This document shows positions 41,651 to 51,721 of a stretch of DNA of 64,000 bases, in pieces. The DNA lies in assembly GCA_022825665.1 (NCBI GenBank), contig JAJDWI010000010.1, forward strand, positions 96,154-160,153, given 5' to 3'. The DNA is from Candidatus Poribacteria bacterium. GTDB lineage: Bacteria; Poribacteria; WGA-4E; WGA-3G. The notes under the pieces were generated by a model that made no database searches, was not told where the DNA came from, and worked only from the letters and a program-made list of their open reading frames with translations. A program made the translations under genes and the position numbers. Every line of letters begins with the position of its first letter. Position 1 is the stretch's first letter.

Positions 41651-42835
41651 TTATTGTACAAGTGCCTGTTGTGCAATGGTGCGTCCTCTATCGGTCAGGA
41701 TAAGTTGGGCTGCTTTCTGAGAAACATATCGGTTGTTTAGCGCATATCTGACTACCCGCGATGCAAATGTTGGTTCCCACTGGAGATGTTCATGCAGATG
41801 TGCTACTTCTGATTCCGCTTCTGCCTCAGGAAGTCCTTCATGATTAAAGAGATGTATCACCAACATTGTTTGCGCGAATTCCCATTTTTGACGGATATGT
41901 CGGCGGGTAATTGCGATTAACCCCCGATTCGGCACTATCAAAAATACCAAAACAAAAACAATAAAAGTCATAGATGCAATTGCCCCTGCAATTGAGACAT
42001 TAGATATATACGCGAACCAATAGCCAATTACTGCGTTCACACACCCTATCACAACACTTAGAATTAGCATGCGTGTTAAATTGTCGGTCATAAGGTAGGC
42101 AGTTGCAGGCGGACCGACTATTAATGCGACAACTAAAATTGATCCTACTGCATCAAAAGCACCCACAGTCGTCATTGAAACTAACGTCATCAATCCGTAA
42201 TGAATAAGGACAGGTGATAAACCCAACGTCGCAGCTAAACTTGCATCAAATGTTGCTAACTTCAATTCCTTATAGAAAATCATAATAAAGGCGAGGTTCA
42301 AAACCAGTAAAACACCCATTACATATAGAGACATTGGACCAAGATCAAAACTGAAGGAAAAATAACCTTGTAGTTGAACTTGGATATGCAAAATGACATA
42401 TAATAACAGAGGATTTAGATCGGCAATGAACACCTCTAAGCGATTAAGCGGAGCATAAGCCAGTTCACCGAGAAGGACAGCATCTATATCCAAATGGATA
42501 TTACTGGCGTACCTTGAGATGAGAATCACGCCAATACTGAATAGGGCAGGGAATGTTAATCCAATTGCAGCGTCCTCTTTTACAAGTTTTGTTTTTTGCA
42601 ACAACTCAACGAATACAACAGTGAGTACACCAGTTGCCCCCGCAGCGAGAATCAGTAACGGTGATGAAAGACTATGCGTAAGAAAAAAGGCGAGAACAAT
42701 ACCGGGCAAAATAGCATGACTAATCGCATCACTCATCAAGGTCATACGACGTAGTACCAAGAATACACCGGGCAAAGCACAGGCTGATGCTGTCGTAACA
42801 GCAATGAGTATAATGTCAAGATTCCCAATTGGCAT
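41651..42835 (-). CDS. Metal ABC transporter permease (ABC-3/TroD-MntD type) with an ~85-aa C-terminal extension resembling a DtxR-type winged helix
   Basis: Nine TM helices typical of ABC-3 permeases, then ...HLHEHLQWEPTFASRVVRYALNNRYVSQKAAQLILTDRGRTIAQQALVQ. Compare the DtxR N-domain ...GVTLTDAGKAVALEII encoded in the same locus. Confidence 0.75.
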   Translation of the reverse strand: MPIGNLDIILIAVTTASACALPGVFLVLRRMTLMSDAISHAILPGIVLAFFLTHSLSSPLLILAAGATGVLTVVFVELLQKTKLVKEDAAIGLTFPALFSIGVILISRYASNIHLDIDAVLLGELAYAPLNRLEVFIADLNPLLLYVILHIQVQLQGYFSFSFDLGPMSLYVMGVLLVLNLAFIMIFYKELKLATFDASLAATLGLSPVLIHYGLMTLVSMTTVGAFDAVGSILVVALIVGPPATAYLMTDNLTRMLILSVVIGCVNAVIGYWFAYISNVSIAGAIASMTFIVFVLVFLIVPNRGLIAITRRHIRQKWEFAQTMLVIHLFNHEGLPEAEAESEVAHLHEHLQWEPTFASRVVRYALNNRYVSQKAAQLILTDRGRTIAQQALVQ

Positions 42836-42840
42836 TGATT

Positions 42841-43779
42841 TTATTCGCTTTCCTGCTGAGGTCCTTCCATCAAACGACCCACGGCAATCTTTAGGCTACG
42901 TCTATTTTTATGTTGTCTAATGCTATCCCAAATTAACCCACGATTAGGGGCAAATGCAATTGAAAGACCTACAAATAAAGTCGCACAAAGGATAATCATT
43001 GGTCCTGTAGGCAGACCAGTTGTACTGCTACTGATAATTGTCCCACTCACCCCAGCAAATGCCCCGAAAACAGCAGCCAGAAACACCATCAAGTTAAGCC
43101 TGTTTGTCCATTGACGCGCAGCAACTGCAGGAGCAACTAACATCGCACTCATCAACACCGCACCTACCGCTTGTAGACCAAGAACAATTGCAATAACCAG
43201 TAGACTCGTCAGCAAAATATCGAGCAAACGGGTAGGAAAACCGAGAGATGCAGCGAACCCTTCATCAAAAATAAGTAGTTTCAACTCTTTCCATAAAATA
43301 AGCATAATTATGAGTGCAATTCCACCGAGTATACCAATAGTTATGACATCACGTTTTAAAATTGTCGCTGCTTGTCCAAAGATAAAGGTATCTAATCCTG
43401 CTTGATTTGCATTTCCGCTACGTTGTATCAGTGAATACAATACTAACCCGAAGCCAAAAAAGGTAGATAGAACAAGGGCAAGTGCACTATCATATTTAAT
43501 ACGCGTCAATCTCACAATGCTTATAATAGCGAGTGCACCTAACCAACCTGCAACTGCTGCACCAAGAACAAGAATCAAGGGAGTCTTGCTTCCCGTTAGC
43601 AAAAACGCAATTGCTATACCGGGTAATGCTGCATGAGAGATAGCATCACCGAGAAGACTTTGTCGACGCAATACGGCATAAGTACCAAGTGCTCCGCTAA
43701 CTGTTCCAAGCAGCGCAGCACCCAATGTTACAACTATCAGTGTATAATCTAATCGAGTTAGGAACAGAAAATTATCCAT
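42841..43779 (-). CDS. Metal ABC transporter permease (ABC-3/TroC-MntB type)
   Basis: 312 aa, ABC-3 family TM pattern, paired with the downstream permease. Confidence 0.8.
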   Translation of the reverse strand: MDNFLFLTRLDYTLIVVTLGAALLGTVSGALGTYAVLRRQSLLGDAISHAALPGIAIAFLLTGSKTPLILVLGAAVAGWLGALAIISIVRLTRIKYDSALALVLSTFFGFGLVLYSLIQRSGNANQAGLDTFIFGQAATILKRDVITIGILGGIALIIMLILWKELKLLIFDEGFAASLGFPTRLLDILLTSLLVIAIVLGLQAVGAVLMSAMLVAPAVAARQWTNRLNLMVFLAAVFGAFAGVSGTIISSSTTGLPTGPMIILCATLFVGLSIAFAPNRGLIWDSIRQHKNRRSLKIAVGRLMEGPQQESE

Positions 43780-43836
43780 AGTGTCTGTGATGGTATGTCA
43801 ATGTGATTGATTACTTACAGCGTGTATCTACAACAA

Positions 43837-44580
43837 TTATCGGTTTTTCATGAATGCAATACGACCACCGTAAGTCTCACGCAAATTTTCAGAAGTGAAT
43901 GTGTCCTTAACAGGACCGCTCGCAATTCTACGGATGTTCAATAGTGTTACCCAATCAAAGTAATCGGTAACAGTTTGCAAGTCATGGTGCACAACGACAA
44001 CCGTTTTACCATTTTCACGGAGTTCTTGGAGTAATGAAATGATTGCGCGTTCGGTGGTAGCATCAACACCTTGAAATGGTTCATCCATCAGATAGATTGT
44101 TGCATCTTGAACAAGTGCACGTGCAAGGAAAACGCGCTGCTGTTGACCACCTGAGAGTTGACTAATCTGTCGTGTCGTATAATTCTCCATGCCAACTTTT
44201 TCAAGAGCATGCATCGCCAGTTCGCGATCACGACTTCCAGGTCGCTTAATCCATCCAAGTGCCCCATATCGTCCCATCATAACCACATCAAGCACATTTG
44301 TCGGAAAATCCCAGTCAACGCTGCCACGTTGTGGCACATATCCAACAATACGTCGTTGTGTTGCATAAGGCTTATTGTATATTAACACATTCCCAGCGGC
44401 TGGACGAACTAACCCCAAAATAGCCTTGATCAAAGTTGTTTTTCCTGCACCATTCGGACCGACAATCGCTAAAAGCACACCCGGAGGGACATCAAGATCA
44501 ATGTCCCACAAAACAGGTGTCTCCTGATATGCGACGGTCAAATCGGTTACTTCAATGGCTTTTGAATCAAGTGCCTGCAT
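43837..44580 (-). CDS. Metal ABC transporter ATP-binding protein (ZnuC/MntA/TroB type)
   Basis: Walker [10 protein letters not shown]; signature [15 protein letters not shown]; Walker [13 protein letters not shown]. Confidence 0.85.
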   Translation of the reverse strand: MQALDSKAIEVTDLTVAYQETPVLWDIDLDVPPGVLLAIVGPNGAGKTTLIKAILGLVRPAAGNVLIYNKPYATQRRIVGYVPQRGSVDWDFPTNVLDVVMMGRYGALGWIKRPGSRDRELAMHALEKVGMENYTTRQISQLSGGQQQRVFLARALVQDATIYLMDEPFQGVDATTERAIISLLQELRENGKTVVVVHHDLQTVTDYFDWVTLLNIRRIASGPVKDTFTSENLRETYGGRIAFMKNR

Positions 44581-45534
44581 TTAGTCTTCCTCATTGGAAA
44601 TGGCTTCATCTAACAATGCCTTTACAATCGTATCTATGTTGTGCCGCACCATGCCGATATATGTCCCTTCAGGTGTGCCAGCATGCCCCATAGCATCAGA
44701 AAAGAGTTCTCCTCCAATCTCTACATTATATCCTTTGGCTTTGACTGCTGCTTTCACTGCCTCAAGACTTCGGGAAGGAACAGAGGATTCTACAAAGATA
44801 GCAGGAATACGACGTTTTGCAATAAATGCTGCTAATTCCTGAACATCAGATATCGCTGCTTCCGAAACAGTACTTATGCCTTGCAACCCTTTCACTTCAA
44901 AACCGTATGCTTTTCCGAAGTAATTAAAAGCATCATGGGCAGTAACAAGCACCCGTTGTGCTTGTGGCACACGTTCAGCTTGTATCTTGACATATTGATG
45001 TAGTTCCATAAGTTTTGTGAGGTATTGCTGCGCATTAGTTTGATAAACTGTCTTGTTATCAGGATCTAACTTACAAAGAGAGTCGCGTACATTTTCCACT
45101 GCTTTCATCCAAAGCGATACGTCAAACCATAAATGAGGGTCATACTGTCCTTCAAATTCCGGTGGTGATAATAAGAGTGCTTTGTCTATACCATCTGTTA
45201 CCGCAACAGTTTTGGTATCACCGGACATTTTTGAAAGCACATCTCCCATTTTTGATTCAAGATGCAATCCATTATAAAAGATAATATCCGCTGAATTAAG
45301 TCGTTGGAGATCTTTGGCAGTAGGTTTATACAAGTGTGGATCAACGCCAGGACCCATCATACCTTCTACATGGACATTTTCCCCACCAACATTTTTTACA
45401 ATATCAGTTACCATACCAATCGTAGCAACAACATGCACATTTGCATCCGAATTAGGACTGGGTGCATTTTTTGTATCACAACCGTAACTCGTAAAGATAA
45501 GTATTAAAAAAAATAAAATAATTAATCTATTCAT
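44581..45534 (-). CDS. Metal-binding lipoprotein of the TroA/ZnuA/MntC cluster (ABC substrate-binding protein)
   Basis: Lipobox (LIFTSYGCDT); DPHLW metal-site motif; start overlaps the ATPase stop. Confidence 0.85.
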   Translation of the reverse strand: MNRLIILFFLILIFTSYGCDTKNAPSPNSDANVHVVATIGMVTDIVKNVGGENVHVEGMMGPGVDPHLYKPTAKDLQRLNSADIIFYNGLHLESKMGDVLSKMSGDTKTVAVTDGIDKALLLSPPEFEGQYDPHLWFDVSLWMKAVENVRDSLCKLDPDNKTVYQTNAQQYLTKLMELHQYVKIQAERVPQAQRVLVTAHDAFNYFGKAYGFEVKGLQGISTVSEAAISDVQELAAFIAKRRIPAIFVESSVPSRSLEAVKAAVKAKGYNVEIGGELFSDAMGHAGTPEGTYIGMVRHNIDTIVKALLDEAISNEED

Positions 45535-45537
45535 ACT

Positions 45538-46692
45538 TCAAATTCCAAAGAAAAAGTGTTCTAAAATTTTACCTACAACATAACCCACACCAGCGACTCC
45601 AAGACCAACGACAAACATATCAATTCCACTTCGAAATAAACCGCGCCCAGTAAAAAGACTTCGCGCGGCACCGACAGCAAAGTGTGAAAACATCGCAAGA
45701 CTAAAGGAGATCGATATCGCGGTAAAGCCTGAAGTAAACAGAAAAGGAGCAACGGGAATAAAAGCACCGACAGCAGTTGCAAGTCCGGTAATCCATCCCT
45801 CATTGATAGGTGTTGTATGCGATTCACCGATCTTAAGTTCTGACTGGATTTTTTCTTCTAATGCCCTTTCTGGGTCACGCATTACTTCCTGTGCGAGAAG
45901 TCGTGCGTGCTCCTTTGGCACACCACGGGAGGCGTAAATGAGTGTCAACTCATCCTCCTCAATGTCAGGCATCAAACGGATTTCCTCTTTTTCCACTTCA
46001 ATTTCATGCTCATATACCTCCTGTACACTTTTTGCAGCGAGGTATCCAGATGCACCCATTGAAAGTGAATCCGCAACTGTTCCAACAATGCCAGTTACCA
46101 GAATTGTAGACGGATTCTCTGTAGCGGCGATTACACCTGCTACTAAACCGAAATTGGCTGTCAATCCATCATTAAAACCGTATACGATATTGCCCAACAT
46201 ACCACCAGATTCGGTTTTATGCCACGGTTCCTCACTTGAGCCAGTAAGTTCTTGCAAACTTTCCGTATGCATTGCGGATTCTTTTGCAAGAATAAGTGCG
46301 GTTTCTTTGGCATCTTCCAAAATGCTATCTTTGTGCAGCTTTAAGTAGTCTTTTACCTCACTCGCCTCTTCATCCAGCATCCGATTTAGCGGGAATGTAT
46401 TCCCAAACTTTCGTGCATACCAAGACCAGAATCTGGCTTTAAGTGTAGGACGTTGCTCCTTAATCTTTATTTCATAGGATGTTAATATCTCTTCCCAACG
46501 CGCCACATGTCGACTTTCCACATCAGCAAGCTCAAGTAATATATCTTTCCGATCAGGGTCCGGTTCAAGCTCTGCAAATACGCTATATAGGAAACTTGCA
46601 TCTACTTCATCTTGTAAATGGTGTCTCCAGGTCTTGATAGTTTTGGAATCAGGTCTAATCTTTTTTTCTTCATTCATAATTGGTACCCTCAT
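45538..46692 (-). CDS. MbfA-like membrane-bound ferritin: N-terminal rubrerythrin/erythrin domain fused to a VIT1/CCC1 iron-manganese transporter domain
   Basis: N-terminal ferritin-like helices (ELADVESRHVARWEE); C-terminal VIT-family motif GFNDGLTANFGLVAGV and about 5 TM helices. Confidence 0.65.
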   Translation of the reverse strand: MRVPIMNEEKKIRPDSKTIKTWRHHLQDEVDASFLYSVFAELEPDPDRKDILLELADVESRHVARWEEILTSYEIKIKEQRPTLKARFWSWYARKFGNTFPLNRMLDEEASEVKDYLKLHKDSILEDAKETALILAKESAMHTESLQELTGSSEEPWHKTESGGMLGNIVYGFNDGLTANFGLVAGVIAATENPSTILVTGIVGTVADSLSMGASGYLAAKSVQEVYEHEIEVEKEEIRLMPDIEEDELTLIYASRGVPKEHARLLAQEVMRDPERALEEKIQSELKIGESHTTPINEGWITGLATAVGAFIPVAPFLFTSGFTAISISFSLAMFSHFAVGAARSLFTGRGLFRSGIDMFVVGLGVAGVGYVVGKILEHFFFGI

Positions 46693-46720
46693 CGGTAATT
46701 AGCGCGCATTCAATGCGCGC

Positions 46721-47392
46721 CTACACAGTATCTATTGGTTCTACATTATTTACAAAAATATTCTTCGCTACTTCCCGTCCAATCACCGCTTGTTGTCCAG
46801 CAATATCAATAGTAAAGGGACCATCAAATGGTGCAACTTCTATCACCCTGAACGCTGTACCAGGATAGAGATTAAAACTCCCCAGATGACGCAGCAACGC
46901 TGCATCATTATCACTCACCTCTGCAACCACACACGATTGTCCATTTTGAAGATCAATCATGGGAATGGATTGTATTTCAGGAACAACACCGTTCTTATCA
47001 GGTATAGGTGAACCGTGTGGGTCAGCAGTTGGGTATCCCAGAAACTCGTCCATTCTTGCTTCCACGTCTTCAGAGATAACATGTTCCAATTTCTCTGCTT
47101 CTTCATGAACACCATCCCACGGCACACCAAGAGCTTTATTCAGATAAAGTTCTAATAGACGATGATGTCTAATGATTTCAAGCGCAACGGCTTTACCAGC
47201 ATCCGTGAGTGTAACACCTTGATAACGTTGATGAATGACAAGGTTCATACTTTTAAGTTTCTTGATCATACCAGTGGCAGATGCAGGTTTCACGTCAAGA
47301 AATTCTGCTAATATTCCAGTTGAAACTTTGCCACCTTTCTCTTGTAACTTATAGATTGACTTAAGGTAGTCCTCAGCTGCTTGTGTAAGCAT
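46721..47392 (-). CDS. DtxR/MntR-family metalloregulator with a C-terminal FeoA/SH3-like domain
   Basis: MLTQAAEDYLKSIYKL HTH start. Metal-site residues in HHRLLELYL...HEEAEKLEH. C-terminal SCVVAEVSDNDAALLRHLGSFNLYPGTAFRVIE FeoA-like domain. Start moved to the ATG at 47392; the track ORF begins 22 codons upstream. Confidence 0.85.
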   Translation of the reverse strand: MLTQAAEDYLKSIYKLQEKGGKVSTGILAEFLDVKPASATGMIKKLKSMNLVIHQRYQGVTLTDAGKAVALEIIRHHRLLELYLNKALGVPWDGVHEEAEKLEHVISEDVEARMDEFLGYPTADPHGSPIPDKNGVVPEIQSIPMIDLQNGQSCVVAEVSDNDAALLRHLGSFNLYPGTAFRVIEVAPFDGPFTIDIAGQQAVIGREVAKNIFVNNVEPIDTV

Positions 47393-47604
47393 TGTCTTTC
47401 CTATCCGCAGGATACACACAAGTGTGAATCCTATACTTGCGGGAAATGGTTGGTACAAACCACGTGATTTAGGTTAAATATGCCATAATTTTAAACATCT
47501 CAACAAATTATTTTAGGCATAACTAAATTATATATTAGTGTCAATTATAAGTCAACCCTTTATTTTTAAGAATCAGAGGTGCGAAAGATGTATACATATC
47601 TTGT

Positions 47605-47765
47605 GTCTGAACCAGGATTTTCAAGATTTTCGGGATTTTCAGGATTAGGAGTTAGTGCGTATATATTCCTTTGTTAAGGATTGAGAGCTAACTTTTGCCA
47701 AGGAATATTGGCATACATATCTCCTATCCTGAAAATCTTGTAATCCTGTAAATCCTGGTTCAGAC
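47605..47765. repeat. MITE-like element with ~40-bp imperfect terminal inverted repeats (gtctgaaccaggattttca...)
   Basis: gtctgaaccaggattttcaagattttcgggattttcaggat at 47605-47645. atcctgaaaatcttgtaatcctgtaaatcctggttcagac at 47726-47765. The caggattttcaggat core also occurs at 40870-40891 and 41516-41537. Confidence 0.55.
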
Positions 47766-47986
47766 AACTGAAACTGACCACTGAAAACTAAAAACTGAAA
47801 ACTACTCGAAACATACATGAAACATATTGTTCCAAACTCCCAAATCCTTTCCATTACTCTCCAATGCCTGTTATAATACTACCACTATGAAACACAAAAA
47901 CCGCTTACACCTCACATTCACAACAAAAACCGACACCCGTCACCCAAAAAATATCCACATAAAAACAGACCTTAACCAAGGAAACA

Positions 47987-48112
47987 AAACGTACCAAAAT
48001 GAAAATTTCAAAAAGTTTCGTACACACCTATAAACCCAGACCCAGACTGGTATAACCCCAAAAATCAAAACGTACACAGAAACGAAAAACAGCCTTTTTG
48101 TGTACGTTTTTA
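47987..48112 (-). repeat. ~125-bp MITE-like element, copy 2, inverted relative to 40958-41080
   Basis: Reverse complement aligns at about 80% identity to the left-flank copy. Confidence 0.55.
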
Positions 48113-48203
48113 AAAGGAGCAAAACCATTGATCTTAACGTAAGTTTGATAATAGATATATAAATTTTATTTTTTATAAAATCTTATTCTCATAAGTACGG
48201 TAG

Positions 48204-48511
48204 GTGCGGTTTCCTAACCGCACCATATGCGTCAATTTAGTGCGTAACATTTGTGGGTCTGATACACCTTTCGCCCCGCTGGGGCTTGCTATTAGCAGGA
48301 TCTACGTTTACTATACACCTTTCGCCTCTCCGAGGCTTTAGCAAAGCATATCTCAGCACCAGAGGTGCGGAAGGTGTGTAGTACCTAATACAACAAAATC
48401 CAAAAGCACCAGCGGTGCGAAAGGTGTGAAGTTTGAAATAGGTTAGACAAGGAACTACCACAAGAGACCTGTTCTTAAATTGACGCTTATGGTGCGGTTT
48501 CCTAACCGCAC
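48204..48511. repeat. REP/BIME cluster of four REP-like elements (two reverse, two forward), bracketed by two direct copies of a 20-bp hairpin (gtgcggtttcctaaccgcac)
   Basis: REP-like copies at 48259-48285 (reverse), 48311-48336 (reverse), 48356-48381 (forward) and 48406-48431 (forward). Hairpins at 48204-48225 and 48491-48511. An inverted copy of the hairpin is at 41147-41165. Confidence 0.55.
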
Positions 48512-48849
48512 AGAGTCCAAAAACCTGATTTATCAAACTCACGTTTGATCTTACATTATAAGAGCGGACGGCACTCGGAGAGTGCTGCTACCATGTAGAG
48601 TAGTACAGGTGAGACGCGGATAAAATTTAAACACATTGAAACATTCACCAACAAAGATTCCAAAACTAAATAACCCTGTTAACCCTGTTTAATTGATTGA
48701 CATATCTCAATAAATCTGTTAATATAATATACACAAGAAATGTAATAAAACCTAAACCAACATTGAATATGTGTCCAATATTCAATAAATAAAAAAATAA
48801 TCAAATATTTTTACCACAGAGCGATTAAAACAAACCTTGAGGTAATACA

Positions 48850-50199
48850 ATGAAAATAAAAACGTTACATTTTACAATTATGCTGATATTCGTTGCAATC
48901 ATCAGTTCATATACATCTTTAGCAAACCAATCAATAGAGACAAACCAACCAAACGACATAGAAATATTAAGTGCTTTTGAAAATGCAATATCTAAAATCG
49001 TTGAACAAAGTAAACCTGCGGTTATCAGTATAAAAGTAATTAAAGATGAAAAAAAGGATGATAAGATCATAGAGACATCGGGAGGTGGCTCCGGTTTTAT
49101 TATTCGAAATGATGGCTACATCCTAACCAACGAACATGTTGTCCGTGGATCAAAAAGGATTACTGTTAGTTTGTTTAATGGCAGAAGGCATGATGCAAGA
49201 TTGATCGGTGGTGATCGAAACACTGATATAGCAGTCTTGAAAATAGATACACTCAAACCACTTCCTGTTCTCAAATTCTCGGATGCGACAAAGACCCGTG
49301 TCGGGCAATTTGCTATTGCGATTGGCGATCCAAAAGGATATAAGTATACAGTGACTGCTGGAATCGTCGGTGGAAAAAACCGCTGTTATCACGAAAAAAA
49401 CAATCTTTATCAGTATCATCACACCTACATTCAAACAGATGCTTGGATCAACCCCGGCAGTAGCGGGGGTCCCTTACTGAATATACAAGGTGAAGTTATC
49501 GGTGTAACTGCCTTAAACCCAGGTGAAGGTTCAACCTTAGCTGTTGAATGTGATCTTGCCAATAAAATTAGTAATCAACTGATAGCACATGGTAGGATAA
49601 TTCGCGGACACATTGATGCTGAAATGCATAGTGTTGCACAAGGTATAAAACTAACAAGGGTTAAACGAAATACTTCTGCAGCGCAGTGTGGGTTAAAACA
49701 GAATGACATCATTGTTGAATTTGATGGGGAAAGGGTAGCAGGCTTGAACGATTTTGAACTGCATGTTATGGAATGTCAGATCGGGCAACAATATCCAATC
49801 AAGGTATTACGAAAGGAACAAGAAATCACTCTCAATCTGACTATTGATGAGATGCGACCTGAATTAGTTGGTCGGTCTGTGAATACTGATTCAGTTTCTT
49901 GGAAGAAAATTGGTTTATTCACACGAAAACTTGAATACGATAATTATCAAAGATACGCATATTTGAATGAAGATGATCAAGGTCTTATCGTAGAAAAGGT
50001 TAAGAGAAATTCTCCCAGTTACGAAGCAAAAATACCACGTGGAGCACTCATCACTGCTGTCAATGAACAAAAAACACAAGATGTTCATACCCTTGAAACG
50101 TACCTGGAAAATGAGAATGACATATCAGAAATAACTCTGGATATTAAAGGCATCCAGGGGACAGAAAAAGTAACGCTCAAATTGCAAGAAGTCAACTGA
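48850..50199 (+). CDS. htrA: HtrA/DegP-family periplasmic serine endoprotease (trypsin domain + PDZ)
   Basis: GSGFIIRNDGYILTNEHVV (His), DIAVLKI (Asp), NPGSSGGPLLNIQGEVIGV (Ser); signal peptide. Confidence 0.88.
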   Translation: MKIKTLHFTIMLIFVAIISSYTSLANQSIETNQPNDIEILSAFENAISKIVEQSKPAVISIKVIKDEKKDDKIIETSGGGSGFIIRNDGYILTNEHVVRGSKRITVSLFNGRRHDARLIGGDRNTDIAVLKIDTLKPLPVLKFSDATKTRVGQFAIAIGDPKGYKYTVTAGIVGGKNRCYHEKNNLYQYHHTYIQTDAWINPGSSGGPLLNIQGEVIGVTALNPGEGSTLAVECDLANKISNQLIAHGRIIRGHIDAEMHSVAQGIKLTRVKRNTSAAQCGLKQNDIIVEFDGERVAGLNDFELHVMECQIGQQYPIKVLRKEQEITLNLTIDEMRPELVGRSVNTDSVSWKKIGLFTRKLEYDNYQRYAYLNEDDQGLIVEKVKRNSPSYEAKIPRGALITAVNEQKTQDVHTLETYLENENDISEITLDIKGIQGTEKVTLKLQEVN

Positions 50200-50236
50200 C
50201 ACCACCATAATAAACGACTTCAAACCCTACATGAAT

Positions 50237-50283
50237 TTTATAGCGGTGTCAATTTAGCGTTTCTAACCGTAATGAAAAATGCT
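50237..50283 (+). other. Long hairpin (13-bp perfect stem, 21-nt loop) between the two htrA paralogues; no T-tract follows
   Basis: gtgtcaatttagc-gtttctaaccgtaatgaaaaat-gctaaattgacac. Confidence 0.4.
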
Positions 50284-50323
50284 AAATTGACACTTAATCT
50301 AATAACATTCAAGAGGACCTAAT

Positions 50324-51655
50324 ATGCATAAAAAGTTATATCTGTTCTTCAGTATTAGTATTCTTTTAGGCATTTTTTCTTCCTGTGCATTCCAAAACAA
50401 ACAACCGACCAATTTGGAGCTGCTAAGTGCCATAGAAAATGCTTATGTTGACATAGCAGCAAAGAGTAAACCTGCTATTGTTGCTATTGTTGTTGGACAT
50501 TCAGATAGAAGGTTAAATAAATCTGGATCGGGCTTCTTTTTTCGTGAGGATGGCTATATTCTAACAAATGACCACATCGTTCACGGGGGAGAAAGATTCC
50601 AAGTAAAATTATTAGATGGCAGCATTCATGACGCAAAATTAATCGGAACGGATATCATCACTGACGTGGCAGTCCTAAAGATTAATACCGATAAAAAATT
50701 ATCTATCCTTCCATTAGCAGATTCAGATAAGGTGAGAGTCGGACAATTTGCTATTGCCATCGGTAACCCATTTCAACTTGCTTATACAGTAACAACCGGT
50801 ATAGTTAGCGGAAAAAGTCGTGCAGTTCTTGGCGGAATGCCTGTCATTCGTTACCAAAACTTCATCCAAACGGATGCGTGGATAAATACTGGCAGTAGTG
50901 GCGGTCCACTGTTAAATATATACGGCGAAGTGATTGGTATCAACGCATTAATTCGTAAGGTAGAAAATACACCCGGACCTGTGAGAGCAGGAGCCGGATT
51001 TGCTATCTCCAGTAATCTGGCAATCAACATTGGGGAAAAACTAATTGCTAATGGCAAAATCATTCGTGGTTACCTCGGGATAAGTATGCAGGAAGTATCC
51101 GGAGGCATTCGCGTAGAAAGGGTGAGATATGGAACACCCGCAGAAAAAGCAGGCTTGCAATGGCGTGATATTATCTATGAATACAACGGGAAAAAGGTAA
51201 GTAACAGTCTTGAATTCCAGATGCTAATTGCAGAGTCACCTGTCGGGGAAGAGTCTATCATTAAAGTCCTACGACGCGGAAGAGAGAGAACACTCAGAGC
51301 AACAATCGTTGAAATGCCACCTGAACTGGCTGGTCTACCTTTTGAAGATGACTCTGTTTCATGGAAAACACTCGGATTATCAGTTAGGAAATTGGAAAAA
51401 GGTGATTATGAGAGGTACACATACCTTGAAAACAATGATCGTGGTGTAATTGTTGAAAGAGTTAGAGAAAATGCTCCTGGCTTCAATGCTAAAATACCGC
51501 GAGGAGCACTCATTGTCACTATCAATGATAAAGAAGTTTCAGACGTTCAGACCTTTGAAGCACTGCTACAATCTCACAAAGAGGTTAAAGAACTGATTCT
51601 TGAGGTAAAGAGCAGCCATGGGACAGAAAAATTAACCTTGCAGTTATCAGAATAG
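50324..51655 (+). CDS. htrA: HtrA/DegP-family serine endoprotease, second tandem paralogue
   Basis: GSGFFFREDGYILTNDHIV, DVAVLKI, NTGSSGGPLLNIYGEVIGIN; signal peptide/lipobox-like N-terminus (FSSC). Confidence 0.88.
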   Translation: MHKKLYLFFSISILLGIFSSCAFQNKQPTNLELLSAIENAYVDIAAKSKPAIVAIVVGHSDRRLNKSGSGFFFREDGYILTNDHIVHGGERFQVKLLDGSIHDAKLIGTDIITDVAVLKINTDKKLSILPLADSDKVRVGQFAIAIGNPFQLAYTVTTGIVSGKSRAVLGGMPVIRYQNFIQTDAWINTGSSGGPLLNIYGEVIGINALIRKVENTPGPVRAGAGFAISSNLAINIGEKLIANGKIIRGYLGISMQEVSGGIRVERVRYGTPAEKAGLQWRDIIYEYNGKKVSNSLEFQMLIAESPVGEESIIKVLRRGRERTLRATIVEMPPELAGLPFEDDSVSWKTLGLSVRKLEKGDYERYTYLENNDRGVIVERVRENAPGFNAKIPRGALIVTINDKEVSDVQTFEALLQSHKEVKELILEVKSSHGTEKLTLQLSE

Positions 51656-51721
51656 TTGTAATATTTGAATATGTCTTGCATACGAGGATATTCTGAGAAC
51701 TAATATCGGACAAAAAATGTA

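Noticed and set aside
48237-48542. Track ORF 48237-48542 (-) of 101 aa
   Set aside because: It lies entirely within the REP/BIME cluster. Its repetitive Arg/Pro-rich sequence derives from the palindromic repeats.
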